In this document: one piece after another, positions 45,006-53,259 of the stretch
How positions within the stretch are numbered: the stretch's first letter is position 1
How the letters are laid out: every line of letters begins with the position of its first letter
Notes under the pieces: generated by a model
Told to the model about the DNA's origin: nothing
Seen by the model: the letters and a program-made list of their open reading frames with translations, nothing else
Database searches by the model: none
Assembly (NCBI GenBank): GCA_035297105.1
Contig: DATGZO010000010.1
Location: forward strand, 1,241 to 65,240
DNA: 64,000 nt
Direction: 5' to 3'
From: Thermoplasmata archaeon
GTDB lineage: Archaea; Thermoplasmatota; Thermoplasmata; Lutacidiplasmatales; UBA184
Program-made: the position numbers and the translations under genes

Positions 45006-45596
45006 TCACTCGTCGTCGAGCTCGGCCGCCGGGTCCACCGGCCCTTTGGTCATGGTGAGGAACTGTTCCGCGATGGTCGGGCCGGTCGCCGACCCGTGCC
45101 GGACCCGGACCTCGTCCCCGGGTCTCAGCTGACCCGGTCGGACGACACCCAGGTAGAACCCGGACCGACCGGCGTGAGCAAACCGTCGGACCATGTCCTC
45201 CCGCCCGAACCGGACGTTCATCTTGAAGCACGGGCTTCGGGGCCGGGTCACCTCGAGGACCGCCGTCCCGATCTCGAGTCGGTCCCCCGACCGGACGTCC
45301 TCCTCCGTGACCCCGCGCAACGAGAGGTTCTCCCCGAAGCTGCCCCAGGTGAGCCGGTCGAGGCCGAGCTCGGCGCACCAGAACGGGTAGTGTTCTACCG
45401 GATAGGCGTACACCGCCTTGCGAGGGCCGCCGTGTACTCGGGGGTCCCCGACCTCATCCCCCCGAAGGCCCTCCGGCCCCACCGGCATGGGGCCGACCCT
45501 CGGTTCCTTGAAGAACGAGGTTCGGATCCGTCTCCCCCGCCAGGCGATGTCCCTCGGGAGGGAGACGTTCACGGACACGACCTCCGCGGGAGACAT
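45006..45596 (-). CDS. MOSC-domain protein (YiiM-like)
   Basis: 'GDEVGDPRVHGGPRKAVYAYPVEHYPFW...GENLSLRGVTEEDVRSGDRLEIGTAVLEVTRPRSPCFKM' matches the MOSC beta-barrel pattern with a conserved Cys. Internal ATG. Confidence 0.75.
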   Translation of the reverse strand: MSPAEVVSVNVSLPRDIAWRGRRIRTSFFKEPRVGPMPVGPEGLRGDEVGDPRVHGGPRKAVYAYPVEHYPFWCAELGLDRLTWGSFGENLSLRGVTEEDVRSGDRLEIGTAVLEVTRPRSPCFKMNVRFGREDMVRRFAHAGRSGFYLGVVRPGQLRPGDEVRVRHGSATGPTIAEQFLTMTKGPVDPAAELDDE

Positions 45597-45607
45597 CGAA
45601 TCCTCCC

Positions 45608-46789
45608 TTAGACGTCCCGCGTCGTGGGGGTCTCGGCCGTCGATCTCGGGGGGCGCGGCCACAGCGCTCGGGCGGCCACGACGTGCATGATCTCGGAGGG
45701 GCCGTGGGCGATCCCTCCGCTGCGCACGTCCCGCCAGCGTTGCTCGTGGGGGAGCTCGCCGGAATACCCCCGTCCCCCGTGGAACTGGATCGCGTGATCG
45801 ATCGCCTCGAGGGCGGTGTCGGTCGCCATCCACTTCGCTACCGCCGCGTCCGCGTCCGCCTCCTCCCCGCGTTCGAGCCGCTCCAGAGTGCGAGCCACAT
45901 AGAGCCCGGTGGCCTCGAGGTGGGCCCCGTCTTCGACCAGGGGAAAGGCGACGCCTTCCTGAGCCGAGAGGGGCCGGCCGAAGACCGACCGTTGGCCGGC
46001 GTGCACCACTACTTCCTCCCACGAAGCGCGACCGACCCCGAGGTAGATGGCCGCCAGAAGGGCCCGCTCACGGGTCAGCTCGGGACGAACGTAGTGGAAG
46101 CCGCGTCCTTCCTCCCCGAGACGGTGGTCCGCCGGGACGCGCACCCGGGTATAGCGCACCGTCCCCCGCCGTTGCCAGCGCTCCCCGAGGTCCGTCGCCG
46201 ATCGGGAGCGCTCGACCCCGGGCCAGGTTTGGGGCACGAGGAAGGCGGTGATCCCCCCGGACGGGTCGTGGGGGACGCGGCCGTAGACGATCGCCGCCTC
46301 CGCGTCCTCCGCGAACGCGACCTCGGACTTCGCCCCGGTCAGAAGATACCCGTCTCCCTCCCGAGAGGCTTCGAGCGCGATCGCCTGTGCGTCCGAGCCG
46401 GCCGTGGGCTCGGTGATCTGGTTGCTGACGAGTCGGCGTCCCTGGCACAGGGGACGGAACCACGTCTCCACCAGCTGCGGCGTCCCTCTCTCGCGGAGCA
46501 CGGAGGAGAACTCGGGCTGGAGGGCGAGCTTGGCGAAGACGGTCCCGGATCGGTACGCGAGGCGGTAGAGCAGCGCTCCCGCCCGAGGGAGAGAGAGGCC
46601 GCGCCCTCCGAGCGCGGACGGCGTGGTGAGACCGAGCCAACCGGCGGCCCCCATCGCCTCGTACTCCGAGCGCGGGAACTCCGGGGCTCGGTCGAGCTCG
46701 ATCGCTCGTTGGGCCAGCCGATGCCGTTCGATGAACTGGTCGAGCTCCCCGGCGAGCGGATCCGGCGGCAACTCCCCCCGAACCAGCAT
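45608..46789 (-). CDS. Acyl-CoA dehydrogenase family protein
   Basis: The 393-aa ORF has 'QITEPTAGSDAQAI' and 'GGRGYSGELPHEQRWRDVRSGGIAHGPSEIM' (C-terminal ACAD signature). Confidence 0.85.
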   Translation of the reverse strand: MLVRGELPPDPLAGELDQFIERHRLAQRAIELDRAPEFPRSEYEAMGAAGWLGLTTPSALGGRGLSLPRAGALLYRLAYRSGTVFAKLALQPEFSSVLRERGTPQLVETWFRPLCQGRRLVSNQITEPTAGSDAQAIALEASREGDGYLLTGAKSEVAFAEDAEAAIVYGRVPHDPSGGITAFLVPQTWPGVERSRSATDLGERWQRRGTVRYTRVRVPADHRLGEEGRGFHYVRPELTRERALLAAIYLGVGRASWEEVVVHAGQRSVFGRPLSAQEGVAFPLVEDGAHLEATGLYVARTLERLERGEEADADAAVAKWMATDTALEAIDHAIQFHGGRGYSGELPHEQRWRDVRSGGIAHGPSEIMHVVAARALWPRPPRSTAETPTTRDV

Positions 46790-48103
46790 CTACCGCTTCT
46801 CCCGGGCAAAGTACGCCGGAGTGCGTGAGGGACCCCCCACCGGGGGATGCTCCCCGATGATCCCGTCCCGGCGGAGTCGGGCGACCCGCTCGGGCGAGTA
46901 GCCGAGCACGCCGGTCAAGACGGCGGCATTGTCCTGTCCGAGCCACGGAGCGCCTCGCCACACCCCGCCCGGGGTCTCGGAGAACCGGGGTGCAACCCCC
47001 GCTCCCTTCACGCGTCCCGCCACCGGATCGTCCCATTCGAGGAACATGCCGCGGGCTTGATAATGTGGGTCCCGCGCGATGTCCGCGATATCGTAGATCC
47101 GGGAGATCGCCACGTCGTGCTCGTGCGCAAGCCGTTCGAGCTCCTCCCGGGACCGAGTCCGACAGAACGCGGCGATCGCCCGGTCGACCGGCTCGCGGTG
47201 GCTGAGACGGTAATCCCGGTCGTCGAAGGCAGGGTCGTTGAACTCGATCAGCTCGCGGAGCCGCACCCACCCGTCGGGCGTGGGGGCCGCCACGACGACC
47301 CATCCGTCCGCGGCGCGATGGAGGTCGTACGGATGCAGGCGGGAGTGGGCGGTTCCGTGACGGCCCCGAACGACCCCGCGAAGGAAGTAGTCGAGGGCGA
47401 GGTTCTCGAGAAGGATGAAGAACACCTCGTACTGCGCGACGTCCACCGATTGACCGCGCCCGGTCCGCTGCGCGGAGAAGTACCCCATGAGCCCTCCCAT
47501 CGCGGCGGCCAATCCGGTCACGGTGTCGTTGAGCGCGGTGCCGCTGCGCGCCGGCGGCGCGGGCTCGGGATCGCCCTGGAGGGCGAGAAACCCGCTGAAG
47601 GCCTGGGCGGTCAGGTCGTACGACGGGGCGCGCACGCGCTCGGGATCGCCGGTTTGGCCGTACCCCGAAACGTGGACGATCGTCAATCGGGGGTTGGCCG
47701 CCCAGACCTCGGCATCGGAGAGTCGCATCCGGTCGTAAATCCCGGGCCGCGACGATTCGATCCAGATGTCCGATTCCCGAACGAGGTCGAGGAAGACGTC
47801 ACGGCCCTCGGGAGCCCGCAGGTCGAGACCGACCGAGAGCTTGTTCCGGGAATACTGGACCCACGACTCGGAGACCTGGTCGGCGGCGTTCTCGCCCGCG
47901 ACGAGCGGACGCAGGGTGCGGGTCGCATCCGCATACGGGGGTTCGAACGGGGCCCCCTCCACGTGGATCACGCGGGCCCCGAACTCTCCGAGGTACGTCG
48001 CGGCCCACGGACCGGCAACGAATCGAGCGGATTCGAGGACCCGCAATCCGGCGAGGGGGCCGAAGCCGGGGACCGGCGGGGCCCCCGAAGCGGACGTCGA
48101 CAC
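46790..48103 (-). CDS. Family III CoA-transferase (CaiB/BaiF-like)
   Basis: 'GLRVLESARFVAGPWAATYLGEFGARVIHVEG' is the N-terminal CoA-transferase III signature. Its stop abuts the start of the downstream ACAD gene (46789/46790), which suggests an operon. Confidence 0.85.
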   Translation of the reverse strand: MSTSASGAPPVPGFGPLAGLRVLESARFVAGPWAATYLGEFGARVIHVEGAPFEPPYADATRTLRPLVAGENAADQVSESWVQYSRNKLSVGLDLRAPEGRDVFLDLVRESDIWIESSRPGIYDRMRLSDAEVWAANPRLTIVHVSGYGQTGDPERVRAPSYDLTAQAFSGFLALQGDPEPAPPARSGTALNDTVTGLAAAMGGLMGYFSAQRTGRGQSVDVAQYEVFFILLENLALDYFLRGVVRGRHGTAHSRLHPYDLHRAADGWVVVAAPTPDGWVRLRELIEFNDPAFDDRDYRLSHREPVDRAIAAFCRTRSREELERLAHEHDVAISRIYDIADIARDPHYQARGMFLEWDDPVAGRVKGAGVAPRFSETPGGVWRGAPWLGQDNAAVLTGVLGYSPERVARLRRDGIIGEHPPVGGPSRTPAYFAREKR

Positions 48104-48191
48104 GGGCGCACGAGCCGACCCGGTCTCGATAACCCGGGGGGTTCAGCACGGAACCTCGGGGACCAAATACGCCGCCCCGCTCGAAGCCCCC

Positions 48192-48923
48192 ATGACCGAG
48201 GCTCCCTGGGTTCGCTTCGAGGGCGAGAAGTTCCGCGACGAGCTCACGAAGTTCAAACTCGCCAATCACCCGTTCGCGACCCATCCGTTCTTTGCGCGCC
48301 TCGAACGGGGCGAGGTGCCGAAACCTGTCGTCCAGGCCTGGGTCAAGCAGTTCTACCCCTGGCTCGCCTCCGTCCCGATCGCGATGGCGGAGCGATTCGC
48401 GAACTGCTCATGGGAACCCGGGAACGACCGGTACCGCCGCATGATCCTCGACCAGCTCGTGGAGGAGGCCGGCGACCCGAAGGGGAAGGAACCGGGTCAC
48501 CCGGAACTCTGGCTCCGATTCTGCGAGGGTCTTGGGGTCCCCCGGAAGGAGGTCCAATCGACCCCCCTTCTTCCGACGACGATGCTCGCCATCGACGATT
48601 TCCTTTACACGAACCGTACGCAGACCTTCTACGTCTCCGCGGCGGGCTCTTCCGAACCCCCGAACGTTCCGCTGTGCGCTCGCCTGCTGCCGGCGTTCCA
48701 GAAGCACTACGGCGTCGACGATGCCCATCTCGAGTACTACAAGCTTCACGTCACCGCGGATGTCGAGCACAGCGAGTGGATCGGCCAGATCGTGGCGGGG
48801 TTCGCCTCGACCCCGGAGATCCGTCACCTCATGTGGGACCAGATGCTCCGCGGCTTCGCGCTCCACGCGCTGCTCGTGGACGGCGTGCTCGCTTCGACCG
48901 GCGGCCCGAACAAGCCTAAATAG
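48192..48923 (+). CDS. PqqC/TenA/CADD-like heme-oxygenase-fold (iron-containing redox enzyme family) protein
   Basis: The internal ATG gives 'MTEAPWVRFEGEKFRDELTKFKLANHPFATHPFFARLERGEVPKPVVQAWVKQFYPWLASVP'. It has the PqqC-like pattern, all-helical composition, and 'EHSEWIGQ'. Confidence 0.55.
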   Translation: MTEAPWVRFEGEKFRDELTKFKLANHPFATHPFFARLERGEVPKPVVQAWVKQFYPWLASVPIAMAERFANCSWEPGNDRYRRMILDQLVEEAGDPKGKEPGHPELWLRFCEGLGVPRKEVQSTPLLPTTMLAIDDFLYTNRTQTFYVSAAGSSEPPNVPLCARLLPAFQKHYGVDDAHLEYYKLHVTADVEHSEWIGQIVAGFASTPEIRHLMWDQMLRGFALHALLVDGVLASTGGPNKPK

Positions 48924-49180
48924 AACCCGGAGGATGGTTTTGCCGATGACGGACGCGCCCGCGACCTTCGCCTTGGACGGCATGGGCCGACGGGCCGTCC
49001 GAACCTGGCTCTGGTGAACGGGAGGCGCCGGGAGGGCGCCCCCCCGACCTACCCCGCGCTCCCGCGGGCCGGGCCCCTCTCGCGTCTTCCTCGAAAGCAA
49101 ACAAGGAGGGGAAAACCACGTACGGAAAAACGATCCGACTGCGCCGACTGTTCCCGGACCCGCGGCGGCGGCTCTTCTCG

Positions 49181-49870
49181 GTGCCGCTCGACCATGCGGT
49201 CACCATGGGGCCGATCGACGGCCTCGAGGCACTAGCCCCCCTCGCCCAGGAGCTCCAGGGCGCGGGGGCGGACCTCCTCATCGTGACGAAGGGCGCGGTG
49301 CGTGAGGTCGCCCCGATCCTCGCCCCGTCGACGCTGCTCGGGATCCATGTCTCGGCCTCGACCGCCCTCGGCCCGACAGCGAACCGTAAGGTCTTGGTCG
49401 CGACCGCCAGCGAGGCGGTCAGCCTGGGAGCGGACGTCCTATCGGTCCAAGTGAACTTTGGGGTCCCCGAGGAACCGGACATGCTGACCGACTTCGGCGT
49501 CGCCTCCGATCAGTGCCGACAACTCGGACTCCCGCTGCTCTGCATGGCCTACGTGAAGAAGGAGAACGGCGGCACGCCGGACGAGCTGCGCCACGCGGCC
49601 CGCGCGGCGGCCGACTTGGGGGCGGATATCGTGAAGACCAGCTACCCCGGCTCGCTCGACGAGTTTCGGCGACTCTGCCAGACCACCCCGGTGCCCGTCC
49701 TGATCGGCGGCGGGGTCCGCGTGGAACCCGAGTCCGCGTTTCTCCGATTGGTCGAGGAAAGCGTGACCGCCGGCGGAGGAGGGATCTGCATCGGTCGCAA
49801 CCTCTTCCAGCGCCGACCCGTCGGGCCGCTGGCCGCTCGTATCGCCGCCCTTCTGCACGGGACGTCGTGA
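49181..49870 (+). CDS. aroA': 2-amino-3,7-dideoxy-D-threo-hept-6-ulosonate (ADH) synthase (archaeal AroA', class I aldolase DhnA family); the true N-terminus probably extends upstream
   Basis: 'PLDHAVTMGPIDGL' aligns to 'PMDHGVSNGPIKGL' of Methanocaldococcus jannaschii MJ0400. The in-frame upstream 'YGKTIRLRRLFPDPRRRLFSV' continues the alignment ('[20 protein letters not shown]'). It lies next to DHQ synthase II. Confidence 0.8.
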   Translation: MPLDHAVTMGPIDGLEALAPLAQELQGAGADLLIVTKGAVREVAPILAPSTLLGIHVSASTALGPTANRKVLVATASEAVSLGADVLSVQVNFGVPEEPDMLTDFGVASDQCRQLGLPLLCMAYVKKENGGTPDELRHAARAAADLGADIVKTSYPGSLDEFRRLCQTTPVPVLIGGGVRVEPESAFLRLVEESVTAGGGGICIGRNLFQRRPVGPLAARIAALLHGTS

Positions 49871-49886
49871 GCGGAGGACGAGGGCG

Positions 49887-50918
49887 ATGTCGCGGGATCG
49901 GGTCGCCATTCGGCCGCGACCATCGACCCCGCAGGGCCTTCCCCCGATCCTGGACCGCGCTCATCAACGGGGATTCCATCGGTTCGTTCTTGTCGCCGGC
50001 GACGCGGGCCCGACCCTCGGGCCGGACACGGTCGTGATCCGGGAGAGGGCGGGATTCCTCGAACCGACCGGAAGGCAGGCCCCCATCCCGATCGCCCGAG
50101 TGGACTCGGAAGCGGGACTTGCCCAGGCGCTGGAGGGCGCCCCGTCCGGAGGAGTCCTCGCCATCGAATGGACGGCCGATCGCGTGATCCCCCTCGAGAA
50201 CGCCGTCGCCGCCCGGGGTCAGCGGTTCGCGCTCTGGGTGGTCGCCCGGTCACCGGCCGAAGTGCCGGGAGCTCTCGGCGCCCTCGAACACGGAGCCGAT
50301 CTGGTCATCGTCGATGTAGGGTCCCCCGAGGAAGTGGACCAGCTGGAGAGCCTGGTCGAGGGCCCCCTCCCGTCACTTCTGAAGTGGTCGACCGCTCCTC
50401 TCCTCTCGGTAGGTCCCGCCGGCCTCGGGGACCGGGTCATCGTCGATACGACGTCGCTCCTCCGCCCCGATGAGGGACTCCTGGTCGGCAGCGCTGCCGC
50501 CTTCCTGTTCCACGTCGCGAGCGAGGCCACCGGTTCGAAGTTCAGTCGCCCCCGGCCGTTCCGGGTGAACGCCGGTTCCGCACATTCGTACGTCTTGCTC
50601 GCGGACGGCTCCACCCGCTACCTCGCCGAACTCGCGTCGGGGGACGCGGTCTTGATCGCGACACCCGACGGGTCCATCCGCTCGGTCCGCGTCGGTCGGA
50701 TCAAGGTCGAACGTCGTCCGATGGTCCTCGTACGTGCGGACGACCAAGGTACGGTCCGCACAATCTTCCTCCAGGAGGCCGAGTCGGTTCGCCTGACCAC
50801 GGCCGGAGGGCCAACCCCGACGACCGAGCTCAAGGCGGGTCAATCGGCGCGAGGAGTTCGACTGCCTGCCGCCCGTCATTTGGGTCATCCCGTGGACGAG
50901 ACGATCGAGGAGCGGTGA
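49887..50918 (+). CDS. aroB': 3-dehydroquinate synthase II (archaeal type, AroB')
   Basis: The 343-aa ORF has family-typical blocks 'VVARSPAEVPGALGALEHGADLVIVDV' and 'SAHSYVLLADGSTRYLAELASGDAVL'. It is translationally coupled to the neighbouring genes. Confidence 0.85.
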   Translation: MSRDRVAIRPRPSTPQGLPPILDRAHQRGFHRFVLVAGDAGPTLGPDTVVIRERAGFLEPTGRQAPIPIARVDSEAGLAQALEGAPSGGVLAIEWTADRVIPLENAVAARGQRFALWVVARSPAEVPGALGALEHGADLVIVDVGSPEEVDQLESLVEGPLPSLLKWSTAPLLSVGPAGLGDRVIVDTTSLLRPDEGLLVGSAAAFLFHVASEATGSKFSRPRPFRVNAGSAHSYVLLADGSTRYLAELASGDAVLIATPDGSIRSVRVGRIKVERRPMVLVRADDQGTVRTIFLQEAESVRLTTAGGPTPTTELKAGQSARGVRLPAARHLGHPVDETIEER

Positions 50919-52426
50919 GCGCCGATCCTCCCCAGCTGGTCGTCACGCTCCCGGCGCGGTCCGTCGACCAAGCCGCCGATCAGGTCGAGGAGGCGCGACG
51001 GGCCGGCGCGGACCTTGTGGAGATACGTTTCGACCGGTGGAACCCCGCCGAGCGACACCGGGCCGCGGGGCTCTTCCCGTCCTCACTGCCCTTGATCGCG
51101 ACCCTGCGCTCCCGCGCGGAAGGGGGTGAGGGCCCCGATGATCCCAGGGAGAGGGCCGCGATCCTGGCCCGGCTCCTCGAACTCCCGTTCCACTGGGTCG
51201 ACTTCGAAGCGGGTCGAGATGACCCGAGCCCACCTCCCCGCACCGCGGACTCGAGGCCCGGCGTGATCTGGTCCACCCACTTCCCCAAGGGAACCCCGGT
51301 GGCGGACGTGCTTCGCGCGCTCGAAGCCCCGGTGCCCCCTCGCACTCTCCGAAAGCTCGTACTCCCTGCGACGACCGGTGTCGCCGTCACACAACTCGTC
51401 CCGGCGATCCGAGGTATCCGCCTCGCTCCCGATCGGGTCCTCCACACGACCGGGGGCTCCGGCCCCTTACTCCGGGCGCTCGGCCAGCGCCTCGGCATGC
51501 CCCTCGTGTATGCGTGTCTTCCCGAGGAGGCGCGATCCAAGAACCCCGACGCGGTCGAGCCCGCCCAGATCCCGGTCGATCGGCTCCGCCGGTTCTTCGG
51601 GGGTAGCGGCGAACGACCGCTCTACGCCGTGTTGGGCCATCCGGTCTTCCACTCCTTGAGCCCCGCGATCCACGATCGCTGGATGACCGCGACCGGGCGG
51701 GTCGGACTCTACCTTCCTCTGGACATTTCCACCGAGGAGGAATTGGAGGGCGTGATGTCCCGGCTGGGAGGCCTGGGATTCCGTGGCCTGAACATTACCC
51801 ACCCGTGGAAGGCCGCCGCGCTCGCTCTCGCCCGGGGATCTTCCACGCTCGCGAAGGAGTGCGGCGTCGCGAACTGCCTCACGTACGTGGGGACGGGCTG
51901 GGAGGCCGACAACACGGACGTCCTCGCGATGACCCGCCGCCTCGAAGAACTTCGGTCGGACGGAACCTGGGATGGGGATCGGTTGACCGTGCTGGGGGCG
52001 GGAGGGGCGGCCCGAGCCACGCTCCTCGCCGCACGGACCGTGGGGGCACGAGCCACGGTCGTAGCCCGGCAACGGGCCGCTGCGGAGGGGATCGCCCGCG
52101 CGTTCGGGAGCGAGGTGGGCGAGCCGGCACACCCCGTCCCCACCTCGCTCGTGGTCCACGCGACGAGTGCGGGGGGAGAATCGACCTCCCCGCTCTCGAT
52201 CCCTCTCGAGGGACTCGTCCGCCCGGACGCACTGGTTCTGGATTGGGTGTACCGGGCCGCCGACCCGCATCTCCCCGAGATGGCGCGACGGGCCGGGGCT
52301 CGGTACGAGAGCGGGGAGCGGCTCCTCGTCTACCAGGCCGTGGCGAGCTTTGCCCGTTGGTGGGGAGCGCCGCCTCCGACCGAGTCCGTCCGCGCCGTGC
52401 TCGAGGAGGTCGGATGCGCGGCGTAG
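50915..52426 (+). CDS. aroDE: Bifunctional 3-dehydroquinate dehydratase (type I) / shikimate 5-dehydrogenase fusion
   Basis: The N-terminal half 'LVVTLPARSVDQAADQVEEARRAGADLVEIRFDRW' is type I DHQase. The C-terminal half 'LYAVLGHPVFHSLSPAIHDRWM...GLNITHPWKAAA...VLGAGGAARA' is AroE. The GTGA overlap with aroB' suggests translational coupling. Confidence 0.85.
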   Translation: MSADPPQLVVTLPARSVDQAADQVEEARRAGADLVEIRFDRWNPAERHRAAGLFPSSLPLIATLRSRAEGGEGPDDPRERAAILARLLELPFHWVDFEAGRDDPSPPPRTADSRPGVIWSTHFPKGTPVADVLRALEAPVPPRTLRKLVLPATTGVAVTQLVPAIRGIRLAPDRVLHTTGGSGPLLRALGQRLGMPLVYACLPEEARSKNPDAVEPAQIPVDRLRRFFGGSGERPLYAVLGHPVFHSLSPAIHDRWMTATGRVGLYLPLDISTEEELEGVMSRLGGLGFRGLNITHPWKAAALALARGSSTLAKECGVANCLTYVGTGWEADNTDVLAMTRRLEELRSDGTWDGDRLTVLGAGGAARATLLAARTVGARATVVARQRAAAEGIARAFGSEVGEPAHPVPTSLVVHATSAGGESTSPLSIPLEGLVRPDALVLDWVYRAADPHLPEMARRAGARYESGERLLVYQAVASFARWWGAPPPTESVRAVLEEVGCAA

Positions 52427-53259
52427 GCCGATCTTCGGCGGCGATCTCGATCGTGAATGCGCTCCCGACGGGGATCGGGTGCGCCCACGGGGTTCGGCTC
52501 TACGCGGCTGCCACGGTAGAGCTCCAGGCGAAGGCAACGATGCAGATCGAGGTCGAACCGGATGCCTCGCGAACTCCCATCGTCGTCCGGTCCCTGGAAG
52601 CCACCCTGCGCCGCCTCCGGCCCGAAGCAGGGTTCTTCGCCCGTCTCCATCTGGATTCCGAAATACCCGTCGCAAAGGGGTTGAAGAGCTCGAGCGCGGT
52701 AGCGACCGCCACGATCCGGGCCGTCGCCGACGCGCTCGAGACCGACTTGGGTTCGATCGAGATCGCCCGGATGGCGGCCGAGGTGGGGCGAGAGGTAGGG
52801 GTGAGCGCCACGGGGGCGTTCGATGACGCGCTCGCGGGACTCGTCCCCGGATTCGTGGTCACCGACAACCGCACCGGGGAGCTCCTCCTCCGTGAGCCGG
52901 CCGACCCCGACTGGACCGCGGTCGTGCACCTTCCGAACGGAACGCATCCCGCTTCCCCGTCGGTTCGGGATCAGTTCCAACAGTCGGCGCCGGAGGCGGA
53001 AGGTGCGGCCCGGTCGGCACGCCGCGGAGCATGGGCCGAGGCCATGCAGCAGAACACGCTCCTCGTCGAGCGGGTGATGGGGTACGACTATCGCGACCTG
53101 CGGGATCGGCTCCGGCGCGCCGGCGCCGCCGCCAGCGGAGTGAGCGGCTTGGGACCGGCGCTGGTTTCTCTGGTCCCGCACGCGCGAACCCAAGCCGTCC
53201 TGGACACTCTCCCTCCCGAACGATTCGTGGTCCCACTCACCTCGGAGGAGCACCCGTGA
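52414..53259 (+). CDS. aroK: Archaeal-type shikimate kinase (GHMP-kinase superfamily)
   Basis: The GHMP motif is 'IPVAKGLKSSSAVATATIRAV'. An SD-like 'GAGGAGGT' lies 4 nt upstream of the ATG. The start overlaps aroDE by 13 nt. The long upstream part of the track ORF 51805..53259 is spurious. Confidence 0.8.
   Translation: MRGVGRSSAAISIVNALPTGIGCAHGVRLYAAATVELQAKATMQIEVEPDASRTPIVVRSLEATLRRLRPEAGFFARLHLDSEIPVAKGLKSSSAVATATIRAVADALETDLGSIEIARMAAEVGREVGVSATGAFDDALAGLVPGFVVTDNRTGELLLREPADPDWTAVVHLPNGTHPASPSVRDQFQQSAPEAEGAARSARRGAWAEAMQQNTLLVERVMGYDYRDLRDRLRRAGAAASGVSGLGPALVSLVPHARTQAVLDTLPPERFVVPLTSEEHP

Noticed and set aside
51805-52413. Upstream part of ORF 51805..53259 and the antisense ORFs 51467..52675, 52330..53316, 53584..54285
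   Set aside because: They overlap aroDE/aroK/aroA, whose frames carry clear catalytic motifs. These are spurious high-GC ORFs.
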